A DNA stretch of 64,000 nucleotides from Ophelia neglecta (Eukaryota): positions 35,960,001 through 36,024,000 of the forward strand of contig OZ260666.1 in NCBI GenBank assembly GCA_965285935.1. The letters run 5' to 3'. Made by a program: the position numbers and the translations under genes. Positions 37,201 to 52,200 of this stretch are shown here, in pieces; position 1 is the stretch's first letter, and each line of letters opens with the position of its first letter. The notes beneath the pieces are model-generated. The model saw only the letters and a list, made by a program, of their open reading frames with translations, had not been told where the DNA came from and did not search any database.

Positions 37201-40200
37201 TCGGAACAGACAATTTCCACCTCCTGGGCTTTGAGGAACCGAATCCGTCGTGCTGCTCAGAGAATCGTGCTACAATCCATCCGTTCTTATGCAGAAGAGC
37301 TTTTACACCGTGAACAGACATAAATCATAAATAACAATTTACTTGGCCACTAGCTGCATGGTTGTGGCCGCGTACATTTTTCAAAGCCTACCTTTTTTCG
37401 TTTCCCATTTAATAGGGTTTTTGTCAAAAGAGTAGGGAAAATACAGTTTGTAGGCCATATTTTAGGTAAAAAGGTTTGTATTCCCAACTACTGGGGAAAA
37501 ATTAGTCTGGAAGGCCCGCAGCTAAGATATATTTTTATATAAAATAAACGTTACCACAAGCTTACAAATAGCAAAGTGCATAGGAAAATAATCGACGCCC
37601 CCATTTTTATTTAATAGTGCATCCATAAATATGAATATAAAATGCAGAACTCTCGTCTACTTTATAGGCCTGAGTACTACATGAACTGTGCAGTTTATAG
37701 CCAGCGACATTCGGGGCCGTTTCCTTAGCCGCAGGTGTACAAAGTCAGTGCACAATGTTGACTATGATAATTCATGGTAATTGGATGATTAATTACCTCT
37801 TGGCCTCGAACAACTTGTTGACATAGTTTTATAGTGTCGGGTTGTATATAATAACATATTCTATTGCTCTTTACATAAAAAGATAGTTTTGGAAGTGTTT
37901 TTTAGAGCGTGGGTTGTGAAACAAATGATAGATAGCCATCCTATAATGTTACGCACATATCACCTTTGTCGTTCATTTACTTATAGTGATTCAGATGATA
38001 ACTCGTATACTCAATGAGGTAACATCTTGGTGAGAGTTAAGACCCGCCAATTATTACAGGCTAGCTCTCCGATCCTGTCCTGTATCAGGGTCTCCCATTG
38101 ATTCAGCAGCTTCCGTCCCATTTCATGTGGTCCAGATTGCCCATTGCCTCGGGGCTGGGAGCCCTTTGTTCGCCACACGCACGGTCCTAGAACAGCTTCC
38201 CTTCCTGATCCTGCCAGGGTTTCAGTTTAGATTTGTCGATGAGTAATCGATGAGAGAACTTGGGCAGTTTTAAATGTACTGCCGGCAGCTAAGCAGAGAG
38301 GAGCGAAGCTATCAAATGGACCCCTTTTTTCACAATTATGCTATCAAATGGGTCCCTTTTTCAAATTTCAAAATTATGCTGACAAAGGGTCATCAAATTT
38401 ATAGGCCCATCAAAAGGGTAGCTTTTTTGAACAATTTATATCAAAAGGTAGCAATTTTTGAAAAATTTTCTATCAGCGGGTACCTTTCTTACAGATTTTC
38501 TATCATAATGACTCCATTTTTCGAAGATGCGGGGAGCACGCCCACCCTTAAATATAGGAAGTATTGCCCCGGGTGGGGTATAGATAAACATAGTAGCCCA
38601 CGTGCATCCACCCAAATTGCCACGTCCCCTACACCCCACCCACCACCCATCCCGAGAAACTGCGTGGCTATGCTCTACCCAGCTCCCCAGAATCGTTTGT
38701 ATAATATTTAGACCTCCAGTGCCTGCACACGGTCCAAGTTCACGGCTGTATAGCTAACGTTGAGCTCGTTTAAATAAAAATAGAGAAGTGCTTTTCATTA
38801 TTGGTGCTCCGCATCGGGGATGCCATTCGGCCTTTTGTATACTGCTAGGAGTCAGCACAGCTGGCATAGTTTATAATTCATGTATAATCAATACACTAGA
38901 TAATTCCCTTCCCTCCTACAATAAGATGACTGTCATAAAACTATGATGTGTTATGCATTCACAAGACATAGACCTCAGATCTGGATTGTCTGTGAGCCAG
39001 CGCTCCAAATTGATGCTAAGAACTGGCAGGTGCTCGGTGACTGGGCCGGGTGTTTTTCTAGCGGAAGGTTTTTGCAAACCACTCAACGATATGTTCTTTT
39101 TTGTGTGTATAATTTTGGTAGTAGAGTTGCCTTGGAGAGATTTGCCATGGATCTACCAGTACTTATTCTCAATTGGAAGCATCTCACTTGTGGTTTTGTC
39201 CATTTTTGACCCCTTGGAGTACTAGAATATGTAAATGTTTTCGTTAAGCGGATAAATTCACAGATTATTTTATCGGGCAAAGTGAGTCTTGTCGGCTGAA
39301 CTGGAGTTAGAACTGATATTTAGTACTTTGCACGATAATGGTCGCTTCGTCGTAATGTATAGTTAGTGTTCTCCTTGTGTTATAAAAACTTATAATGAAT
39401 ATATGAATAATGTTATATAGCTGCCAGTAAGAACAAAATGGCTGCTGTTTTCTTCGTGACACTTGTCACGTAGAATGATAATCCGAGGGTTAAGCAAGAG
39501 ATCGAGTCATCTTATGCATCGAAGGGCGACATGCTGTTAAAAATTCTCTTTTGATACAATCAGGTTTGTGTATTAATTCCTGTCCTCCCGGTTAATAAGC
39601 AGGCTTTCTGTGCTAACAAGATACACATTAATTTGATTGAAATTATTTGTGACGTTGCTGCTCTGACGTGCACTGTGCGTGTCGGCCAACCAGTTACTAG
39701 TACTTCACAAAGGTTGACGTAGCTTGTATAAATAGGACTGTCCAGTAAAAGATGGTATACAATGCATTGTATACCATCTTTTACTGGTCCGAGTGTTAAA
39801 TCGCTTGCAGTCAAGTCTACCATAATATGAGAAGCCCTTGCCACGATCCTTAACATACTAAAACACCTTTGTATTAATAGTTTGATGTAGGCCTATATAA
39901 AATCTAGTTCCACCAAAACAGCAGGATACTGGTATCTTTTATGTCATAGAATTTCACAGCAGAGCAAAGAAATCAGAGATACGTGCATGTGGTTGTGGCT
40001 ATGTTCCTTGACACTGCTCACACGTGTTTATTCGTCATTTCCGGTAAACGGGCAGTGGTTCCGGTAACTTGGCACGAGATCAGATAATTTCGCGTGAGTT
40101 CAGATTTAAATCCCGAACCCACGCTTCGTCTGCTAGAGCAACCGCGTTGTGCCCAGCCTAATGTCAACATATATAGTGTTGCAGAATTACGCCGCAAATG

Positions 40201-43200
40201 ACGATCAAAGATCCCCTTAGGTTAGCTCTGTTTTACTTTGTGGTCTAACCTGTTTGTGTTAAAACAACTTACCAGTGATATTGCATCAGCTTTTAACCTG
40301 ACTGAACTATAAGCATATAATGCATCAGCGAAAACTGTACCATGAATCACTGCAATTATAAGAAATAGACTGAGGAATGTGACGATATTATCGATCAAAA
40401 ATGGAAATATAACACATGTGATTGTTAATTTGTCACCGTTGGACTGATGACGGAGAATTGGCAAACCTAATTCACCGAAATCGTGTACAGTCATGTAGTT
40501 GAGAAATGATCATGTTGGTAGGAGATTTCTTCCCCTGCAGCAGCAACTCACAAGGAGCGGTCAAATGAAACACGACTACACAGAGAATCACTTCCTTTCC
40601 TTTTAATGGACGGGAGGCGTGTATTAATCGAGCTCCTATACATGAACATGGTGTGTCCCGGCGGGATTTGCATTACTCGCTATTGATTGGTTAAATCTGA
40701 AGAAAATTCGGGCGTTGGAGTCTAATGGGTTCTGATAATGGACGTCCGCCGAGCAAATCCTACACAGCCCTTATTGGACACGACATTAAAGACTAGTTGC
40801 ACTCGTATCAAATGAAAGCGGATCACTCTTCCGGTGCATGGATTTTAAATTATCGATAACTGTATATCAGGGGATCAGAGATTGCTAGATCGGTTAGAAA
40901 TGCAATTCCACTTCTAATATAGATTTTGAAAGGCGTAAGCTCCATCCATAAGTACTCGAGATGGCGTTCTCTGAGCTATAGGAAATTTGATATATTCTAG
41001 TGATACCTTAACTGTCTCAAAGAGGTTATGATTCTTCCTATAAAGTATTATAGTTCTATACGTTATTGTACAGACTGAATGTAAAATTTCACGCACGCCC
41101 GAAACAATGTAAGAACGGGGATTCATTAAATCGGCCCGAGATCAGTAATGATTAATTCATATATGAACTGGCCGCCACAGCCCCCCACACATCAATAAAT
41201 AATCCTCCAAAGTCCAAACATGAACAAATAAAAGATTCCCCAAAAAATATTGATGTTACTTGAAATAAGAAGTATAGTCAACGGCTTTCCATAATGCGAG
41301 TAAGATAACAAAACAACGAGTCAGCGATCAAAGTAGGACAGCAAAAAATATGTCCAAAGAGGAGCTAATATGGAATAAACTCTCTGGTAATATTAAGACA
41401 CTATATATGAAAATGTCCTAGTAAACAAAAGACCATCGAGGGGTGTAAGAAGTCCCAGATTACTAAAGACGAGAATGGTATCAAATCAAAAAAGTATACT
41501 TTATAATTTTACCTAGGTTAAGTGAACCAGTCATGCTTTTATTGTGACTGAACACCTGCATCTGCATAAAATACGTCAGTATGAAACAGATGCACATGGC
41601 TCCTAGCGTTAGGATAATCGGAATTGATTACTCTAGTCCATTTCAGCCTTTACCTGGGCTGGTGTTAAAACAATGACAACTAGAACCTACCCATAACCAT
41701 AGGAGGGTCTTCGATCATATTTTGAATTCGACAGATCATCAAAGCAAGTGCTGTATTGGGATAAATTGATAGAGTATTAATCCGTGAATAGCATATATGC
41801 TTTTTGCATGAAAAAGCCAGATTTTCAATGTATGTGATTTGGGATTGGTTATATTTCACACTTGGACCGCCCTAAACTCCCCTCAATTAAGGCCTGCAGG
41901 AATCAAGGTGCCGCGGTATGCTCAAAACCTTGTGTGTCGATCGTGTCGATTTTTACCTATGTATACCATAGGACTACGTGTCTGCCTTAACATCAGGCAG
42001 AAAATCACAAGCTCCAACTCGCAGGTGTAAGCTATTAGGGGTGTATGCTGTACATGACAGACAGTGTAACCAATTTGGGTCGTCCAATCCATCAAATCAT
42101 CACAAACAAACCGACTCCCCGCCTCGGCCACTCTGGCATTTCCACCAGAGCATCTGGCCATCTGGGAATACATTCAGGTCTGCCCTTAAACACTGCCCAG
42201 CCCCGTGCCTACAGGTACAGCTCGGGTTAAAAATGTGAGGCATCTTGCAGGTGAACCGATACGTTTTAACCTGAAGTGTTGGCTCTTAGGCGTATTTTCA
42301 AAACTTTGAATACCTAACGTAAGTCTTTCAAAGAAAACAGAAAGAACCGTGGCCTCAGAAGCTCCCAGTCTACAATCATGTGTCGGCTCGGTGTTGGTTT
42401 CGACTAGTATAAAAGTACTCGAACGTCGCCAATAGCAGTATTCTAAAACGACTAAAACTGATCAATATTTCAATGCCAGAAATCTACCCTTATCTAAAAT
42501 TAAATGCTTACAACAGTGTGTGCAGTTTGGGCCGTCAGTGCTGTCCATGATCAATATGGGACGATGGGAAAGGGATGCAATTGTAAGCAGAAATTTGATA
42601 TATCATTTGAATATTTCAGTTTGGCCTTTCAATTTTTATCAAGTTTTAATATTCACACATGCCGACAATGAATGTACTTCGTACCATAGGTCAACTTGCT
42701 CAGCATTGTGTATAGATTATGTTGAATTTGTTAAGGCGAGATCGGGGCGCGGGTTCGATGTTTATGGCTTCGAAAATAAAAGAATATTCTTCCATATTTT
42801 CATTGTCTTAATTGCAAATCTTTGCGATAAATATATAAGCGAAATAATTATACTGAAGGATTGCATTTACATTTCCCGACATATTTGGAACACCGCAATT
42901 TATGCGCATGTGCAAAAAACGTGTATAAATATATCCGTATAGAACTCATCGTTCACTGTCAGGGCATTCCCTTCAATACCATTGCATTATGATTAAGTGC
43001 TTAGGGATTTACCTGAGGAGAGATATATGATTAAGGAAAAGATGTAGGGCTCCTACACGGGGAAATTTGAAATCAGAAGGCTACGCCGTCTGAATCACAG
43101 ACGAGTATTTCCTAAAATATTCCCATATATCAAGTAATATGCCAGGGCTTGTTTTATATTATTAAAGTGTTCCTTCTCCCCATGCACTTACTGTTTCACA

Positions 43201-46200
43201 GAAAACCACTTAGACTTATAGTCTTGTTGTCAAGTAAACGTTACACAATAAAAGTATAACAAGAACAGAAGAAAAAGTAAGTGTACTGGTGTCTGTTTGA
43301 GGCAAACACGTGCAAAATATATAAGTGTTTGCTTAGAGTTACTTCTTTTAAGTAAGCATACGCCTGAGCATGCTTCCAGGCTTTCTCCATAAACAAGATA
43401 TTTTTGGGCGATGTTTGATTTGTCTTATGCACGCACTTACAATCTATCACGCACAATACTGGGGCTGCTGCCTTTAAGTAAGCAGTTGTCCGACACCGAA
43501 ACTGATCCTTGCGAAACGATACCGAAACCAAAACCATCCCGATATAGCGATACTTTTCAAAGGTCCTTGCTTTAAAAAGGCAGAGTTTCAAGTAAATAGA
43601 GCTGCGTATCATTAGGATTGAACAAATATGTTACTAACTCGTCTGATATGTGAGCGAAACCTAAAGATTATCATAGGGTGTCCTAGTCATTGATAATACT
43701 GATAGCAATATTTTCCAACCAATAAATTGCTTTCGAACTGTTTATTTGAAAATTAACGTGTTTCTTGTAAAATGTTCGTCTTGTATATTGTAAGCAATAC
43801 ATTCCAATATTCAGCACTTGAGCTGAAACAGAGGGAAGTGAATGAATCCAAGGGCAAAAGTCTAAAGGTACACAACTTTCTATGGCCTAGATTCTAATTT
43901 TATCCATTTTGGAACCAAAAAGTATCGTTTCGAAGTATAAAGATAGTCATTTCAAACCGATACCGATACCTCAGTATTGATACGATACGAGTATAATATC
44001 GGATACTTGTAGACAGCCTTACATGCAAAAGACACAAGGGTTTTGTTTTCACGATGTGAAACAAACCCTGTAAAAGACAAAGTGAGACTTGAGTTTGCTC
44101 ATAGGTATTGCCCCCCCCTCCCCCCCCCCCCCCACATACACACACACTTCACCACCCTAACCGTATCAAGTGGTCGCTTCATGATATCACTCTGCAGGTT
44201 AAATTACTGTTTGCTTTCGACCAGGAAAACAAACTTTATGACGCCTTTGCAAATGGTGCGCTAATTTCGGTAACACGCCATGCTTTTATTGTGCTTGAAT
44301 GCATGTCGCGGTGGATGTCAGATGTGATAGATCATAATTGTGAATGATACAGAAAATGTAAAATGCGATCCATAAAAGTTGATGTGATGTGTTACACATC
44401 CCCAGTTAATTGTGTAGAAATTACATTGCCAAGAATTCTCCATTGATGGGGGCTTTTCTCTAAAATGAGAATCGACTCCCACAATATCAAATAAATAGTC
44501 GATTTTTCTCATGCCAAATCCATTACTAGGCCTGGGGCTACACGAGCTCTCCTTGCACCACAAGAAGCCACACCAGGGTTAATCTTTGAAATCTGAGGTT
44601 ATTTTGCCTTTTCCATTAATTTTGCAAATCTCAATACATGTTGGCTCTTCCCGGGCGCACATTTTCAGAGGAAAATCTCCGACTACCGAGCCTTCAGCGG
44701 AAAATTTCGGCCTTTTTCCGCGGAGCATTGGTACATCGTTTTCCGACGTTTAATCCCAAGAATCAATGCATTCCAAGAACGCCCCACGTTTTCCCGAAGT
44801 TTTCCTCGAAAAAAGTTCCGAAGTTTTTGCCACGGAACAATAACTGACAGAATTAGACATTGGCCGAAAAAAGTGACACAGCAGATTTCTTGCTGACGAA
44901 TACAGACAATGATTTCGGGTTACCCAATACAGCTAACTTTGCAAGTGACATTTTAACAGATCCCTTCTCAAACTGTCAAGCTATTTTTTGAGTTGCAGAA
45001 ATATAAACAAAGGTTAATAAAACAATCTCTATCCGCAGTACCCAAGTAGTTTTTCTGTAGACAATAAAATTCATAAGGACACTTGAAAAATGGCCACTCG
45101 AAAAACACCCAAGTGCCTATAGGCCTACTCATTTATTATACTGCACTAAGGGTCTGTGTCCACAAATTAACGCTCCTATAAAAATAATCAACATTTCTCT
45201 ACACGAGTCAATCTAGACATATATTCTGGTTGAACCATGCAGTGTCCAGTAGGAGCAATAGTTAGGTATACACCAGTGGTTCCTAGGAAACTAGCTGGAA
45301 TTTGGTATATGTGTCGGAATTATGCCTTGCAGGTGAGGTGAGCCTTTAGGGGCGTTGGGTGTAAGTTCTGATCTGTCGCCTGCTGTTACCCGCCAACCTG
45401 GTCACCAGGCTGTCGTCTGGAATTATCTGTCATTACTAAATACAGTATCACAGCCATCCATTTAATCCTTGTGAAACCACCGCCGCCCATGCCAAAATGT
45501 TATTGTATTTATAGTATGTGTAGCTATTTGTAATCGTTCTCTAGTTGATCAGAGTTTAGTATATACATGTACCATAAAACTTGCATGTACATGAATGTAG
45601 CTAAGCTAATTAGTTAGCGTGTTGTAGGTTGTGGCTCATTCCACGGTTTACTATCTTGATCAGACAGAGCTCATTCTTGAAACCAATCGAATAACGGAAG
45701 CTGCAGTTCCTTGGTGTCTTTCTCTATCTCCAGAGTAGACAACAAATCATGACCAATTTTCCAAATGGTGCCAACCATGGTAGGCTTATATTAGAACGGA
45801 CGACGACATAGTCGCTCGGATGTTGGAGTAGAATATTTGATTAGAAATGTTTAATTACGAAACCACACCACCGAGAAACAAAACCGAAATGCCTTTCCAA
45901 TATGTATGATTAACAAAATTTCCCCACCGGCCACTAGGTGGTTAAAATAGTGTGCCCAGCTATCTCTTGTTCTGGGCGGCGTGCTTTATATCAATCCAGT
46001 TTATTGGCATTAAAGCACCGAATTGTCGCATGGAATTGAAAGAATTAACCAACCTTAGCAGCTGTTCCAAGCCGAAATAGCAATTGGACATATCGAATTG
46101 TTCTGTCTCGAAGATTGAGTTATCGCGAGAATTGGCCCAGTGGAACTACGCCCTGATAACATAAACTAGGTTTTGGAAATTGTCAGACGGTATAGTTGAG

Positions 46201-49200
46201 TGGTGCTGGTCATAAGGAACCGCACTGGTTAGTGTAGCCCATGTGTCTGTTAAGTTAATCAATTATTTAAGGGCATGAGTTTCATGAATCGTAATGAATC
46301 GTAATGAGTTCAATACGCAATACCCTAAATTCAACTACAGTGAAACTGCCTTAAAGACCGCCTCTGTAATCAGACCAACCGTCAATTCAGACCCCGAATA
46401 TGAGGCCTGGGTTGTATACTTTCAATGATGAATAACCTGTCTAAACAGATCACCTCTGAAATCAGACCAGTATTTTTCAGTCCCTTTAGTGGTCTTAATT
46501 CACAGGTTTCACTGTGCATGTATATTAAAGATATAGAACTAGCTACAGCACGTATTGCAATTATGTAAAAGTGTACCGCACATGTTTTGAAACAAAAGGG
46601 GCCTAGGATTTATTGATTTAAAAAAATAGGGACCTGTGATTTATTGTTTTGACGCAATAGGGGCGTTTTATTTCTTTTTAAGTGTCTCGCCCAGGCATTC
46701 AATCTAGACTTGGTTACGAGTACGTGACACAATTATGGGTCTGAATTGTACCATTCCAGGACTATGCTATCTTAACGAGTTTGTGCTCGACTAAACCACT
46801 GCATATACATGTTATTATACACTCGGACTGTTTGATATTAATGTATGATGAAGGCTAGAGAGTGACTATAAAATAGGGCCTTGTTTCAATTGTATTAAAC
46901 ATCTATGGTTGGAAACCTCAGTCAGGTTACGACTATTTGAGACCAGAAAACGTTGAAATAGTGAGCAAGCAGACACAGCGTGCAGCTTGCGACTGGTCGG
47001 TGAGGTCGTGGGTCGTTAGAGTAAAATCCGTCGCAGAAAGGCCGATTGTCATGTTCAAAACTTGAGGCCTGCGATTCCAAATCGCGGACAGTTATTACAT
47101 GGTCGTAGCATTAGTCGCAAATGGTCGCACAACTGGTCTTGCATGATCGCAGCTGAAACAGTCGCATGATTGGTCGTGTAACTGAACTTGCCACCTGCCG
47201 TAGGCAGCGACGATTGATCGCCGATTGTCACCGCTACTGGCGCGATCACCTACGATCAATCTTGTGATCGATCTTTTGGAAGATCACACGCACCACCAAT
47301 CGCAGTTTTATTTACGAGTGGTTTTAAGAGCACCCGCAGTACGCGACTTAAAAAGGATATGGCAGCAAACATTGACCAAACGCACGATTCAGAGATCGTA
47401 CGATCTGATGTGTAGAGGCTTTTTTAGCTACCCGCAGAAAGCAGCTAGAAGTACCATAGCACTGCATTGAATAGAACATACGTCTACCTTGAGAAAACAT
47501 GCAATATTGCGCATCGCCATTTGAAAAAAAAACTATTGTGTATGATAAAAACGCGATGTAAATGGTGACAAACTGTAACCACGGTATATTGTACCGGAAA
47601 TATCATATTAATTTTAGATAGATCTCTCGATTACCTGATCATCACAGACTCGTACACAGTGGGAAATTATCATCCGACTCCATTTCCTGTGAAGTCCATT
47701 ACTTTGGAGAACATTAACAAAGCTTTGATGGAGCAGTGGGACGGGAAACATGCTAGAACTGAATAATGAAAAGCGCTTGAAAGCAGCGCTGTACAATAAT
47801 TGAATAAACGGAGCAGGTTATCCGAATATAGATTATTTTGCTATCCACTGTCGAAAAATCAATTAACTTTCATTTATCGACACAAACACAAATTATCGAT
47901 TATAATTCGAGAGTTTTGACTGTGAATGGTAGATACCTGAAAGTGAATTATAGACCATTACCAAGCGGTAGATAAGTGAATCAGATTTTCCACCGGCTTG
48001 TCCCGATATTCTATTGAGCAGCAGGGTCATGGATGAGAACAGTTATGTCCTATGTCGACCTCCATCGGTCAATCGCCATAGATTAAATCGTCATCGATCG
48101 CTGCACCATGAGTTTTCTATTATTGACTAGAATGTGCGGTGTGGGGAGCTCATTAAGTATGGATAAGATGAACCGCGGTGAGTTCCACTACTCCGTGGTC
48201 CGGGCACGCAAAGGTGACCAATCCCTGGACAGAATACAACGGAAGTTTTCTAAAGGCTTAATGCAAATTGCAATTAAAGTAAGAATGGAAAGGGCATATT
48301 ATAGACCATTTTCATTCAAAAGATATCCGCTCAACTCAGCGAACCTTAAAGCGTTTGCTGAGGGTTTCCATTATTTATAATCCTAAAAGACAATCCTAAA
48401 TAAATTGATACGTGTATGTCGTTATTATGTTTTATTTTATGATGTTAATTCAGAATATATATGCTTCAGGTTAATCAGCTTTTTATAGGCTTAATAATAT
48501 GGGTAAAGAAATATATTAACTTATGCTAAGCGTTTTATCACTACTAGACCATCCTCAATGAAAGCATTTTGCTGGTCGGCGTATGGGCGGTGCCATCTGG
48601 TGGTGGAACTTGGTATTTCTGATTTCTAGGGCCAGATTATCACGAAGGGCAAATCGCATGAGGTGTGTATGGCATACAAACATGATTGACCCCAGAATAT
48701 TCAGGATTACTTTGTTGTCTTAAAAAGGCTTTTTATACGTAATTCCATATTGACAGTTAATTCTCCATATCCGCACCGTAAAGTCATTTCACAGCTTGGT
48801 AATAGGATCCTCTGGTATTTGCACTTCTAGAAAAAGCTACGATTTCTTTTGAATGGGACACATTATCGAGGAATCCCCGAAGTCGGTTTTACTAATGGCA
48901 ACATTAAGAGTAACAAGACCTAGACGCTCTCCAAGAAAATGACTAATGTTTTGTAATGTCCTTTGCGGCGCGGTTTGAGACCATGCACACAGGACAATAA
49001 TGTGTTTGAAGGTTTTTCAATGTCTGTTTAGTATTATGTAGAAAGGCAACATAAGAAGCACAGGTACTAGCCTATATATAGTCACGCCCATACTATATAA
49101 TATAGTAATTTTATATATATTTATATACAAACCAAAGAGTATAGGCTAATCTCGACTTCACACACCGTTCAGTCTTTGACACAATCCAGATTTGATTTAA

Positions 49201-52200
49201 ATTGTTTATACATATACTCGAGTTCCAGATATTGCAGTTTACTGTAATGATTAAGCGTGGCATTTATCGGTGATTAAGAATCACACTAACAAGAGCATTA
49301 TCTGCAGTGCGAAGGCTTATTTACATGAATCTGCGTATGTATACATACAGCGAGAATATTTCAAGCATTATATTTTGGCCCTTCCAGGTGTATAGCCCTT
49401 TTTTATCAGAAAAGTAGGCCTATAACATGAACATATTAACAGTACCGTCCATTGGTAAAATTTTGAGGCTACTTTTGTTCTCATTTCCTTGCTGGCAGTC
49501 TTCTAAACATATAGAACTATGTCACGTGTATATTGTACTAAGAGCTCCAGGCAGCTTGGTGATGGAATGGAGTCTGATCATGGCCACCATATCCTCCAAC
49601 CCCTTCGAACTGAGCATGGTAGTGTCAAGGGAGGTGAGTGGAGGCCTTAAATTCTTCTCGTTTGGTTTCGGAAAGCCAGGCTTCTTCACCCGTAGCGAAA
49701 AGACGGAAATATGCCACAAATCTTGCCGCCGGAAACTGCGTTACTCATCGAGAACTCTGGTGTTTTATCGTAAAGGAGCATGTCTCGAACGAGCACCTGC
49801 GAGGCTGACGATGAAGGTCCTATACCCCGCAGGGTTTCGGATTACTGCCTATTGATTAACCTGCTCCAGCTGACACTCGAGCATTCAATCTGAAGATACT
49901 GATAATGGTAGCTAGCCCAGGAAATCCCCACATCCTGCATACAGGCCCAGAGGAATAGGTAAACATGTATTTAGTCAGGTCGGAATGTGACGCACAATAT
50001 TAGCACAAACCGGGAAGACGTGACAAAGTATGGTGTCAATACGTATAATTTATCATTAGCAATCCAACCTCCAAAATGTTAAAAGGCAAAAACCAACTCC
50101 ACATAGTGACACGCTTAAAATATTGGTCATGAACTGTAATTAAGACTCATGATATATATGCATACTGCCTGGGTACCGGTATTGTAATTAAGAATACCGA
50201 ACGACGACTAGGTATTATGTTGGCATGAATTCAGACAATCGTGCATCTCAGTGTATAACATCACTGTACCTCGCCGAATAGTGTTTCTGCCGCTTGCTGC
50301 ATTGAAACTACTCTGTCCGCATAATAATACTGTTTGCCGTAGTGCCCTCTGGACAACAGTGAATACACATGGCTAAGAGATGAAAGAAAACGGAAAACAC
50401 ACCTCTTGTGCAGAAGCAATAACACTTACTAATATTTTAGCATGACGATACACAATATTGCCTTCAGTTAGCAAAACAGACCTACTCCCTACAGACCTGT
50501 GGTAATCTTCTAACAGCGGATCATGTGTTTTCTGTCCCGTAGAAAAACAGAAACTCCCAGTAGATACCATCATAACATGCAGCCGGACACATATCAGGGT
50601 TATAGGTTTACTTTGATGTTGTTACTTTATACACAGAATATCACATTCGACGGAAAACAGCCATATAAATACATGAGAACAGTGACAGAACGCTAGAGGG
50701 CTAATCGTGTGACAATGCCTGGGAACTCAAGTCAATCGTACATGAAAAGAAACGTGCCCTACACCAAATGTAACTCATCCTGGGTCTAAATAGGCTATAT
50801 TTGCAGTGAAGATTTTATTTGCTCGCTGATTATTTAGATCTATATTCGTGACTGACTCAAGTGCATGAGGATATTAAACCAAATAGCCTTTAAGTCAAAC
50901 TCAAATAGAAAGGCCACAACCATATGTAATGAACATCTCTTCGGTGTTTGTCCGTAAGTTGTTTATAAATAACACATTTACCTGCAAATTCCGTACTAGT
51001 CACTGACAGCTAAGCCTCAGAGGACAAAAGACACATCAAGCATTTTTGTAATTGTGTTTTTTTTTATATAATAGGAACAGGAATAAGTGTAGGAACAAAC
51101 AGTATTTATTAGGTCGTGTATGAATCTAATCGGTTTTGTTATGGTCGAAGGTTACTTTTGTCATTCAGGTGTGTAGTACATCATTACCAGTAAACCTATT
51201 GGCGGACTGATGATATAGAACTAAAATAAAGGAAAGGTTATACCACCAACACATGAAACTCTATCGATTATTAATAAACAAGAACATATTTATTACAGTT
51301 AAGCAGCTGCGAGCAAAGTTAATTATGAATGATAATATATTACCGTGATTTATGCTATTGACATATATAGTTAGAAGGCCCAACATCTCCATTACCGATA
51401 TGAAATCAGTGGTCCATAACCATGCCGTGAGTCGACATACAAGTCAGCGCTCTGATATTAGTTCTAAAACACTGCCTTCATAAAAGAAGTATCGGCTGTT
51501 ACACGGAAATAGGGGCAACTTGAGTTTCAGTCTGTCGAATAACTTTCATTAAAGCCACCATTCTTTAATACCCTTTCTTGGTGTTAAGGGCATCTCATTT
51601 ATGTCACTTTTTATTCCGTTGGGTCATAATTTGTCACAGCAAGCCTGTAGCATATGTTTTATATAATAAGTAAAATCGAATGTCAAGAATATTTGTATAT
51701 CATTGGGACACTAAATGACCCACATGGTGTCTATGTGTTGTTAATCCCAAAAATCCAAAATCCAATCCAATGATGGACATGAACATCCAAAATTGATAGA
51801 AATAAAACGGCTCATTACGATGATTTGCAGACTGCCTGGTGGGCAGATTACAACAGTTTTTGAAGCGTCAATAACGAAAGAAAGAATCGAGAAGAGTAAT
51901 AAGCAAATTCGACTATGCCATGCTGTTTCCATGGTTCCTGCGTGGCGAAAGACTAACGACGTTGACTTACGATGTGATGGACTCGAGCAGGTACCAGAAA
52001 GTACCACTGATACGGCACATTAAGAAAAATTAACTGATTTATAAATGCGTACTCGAGTAACCCGGAAAATTGGAAACTAAGGGCTACGGGCCACAAGGCT
52101 ACATGGATGTTAAGGAGATGCAGGCAAGAATAAATATTGTAACAGCTTAGATAAGCTTTTTAGGGATTTCAGCGCGCAGTACATAATACATTCTCCTTGC

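Noticed and set aside
37152-37313. Alternate frame containing PNPSCC, resembling tetraspanin PxSCC
   Set aside because: No CCG, wrong splice phase and no donor; likely coincidence.
41890-42240. GC-rich block with an LGHSGIST integrase-like peptide
   Set aside because: The HHCC motif is incomplete and there is no integrase core nearby.
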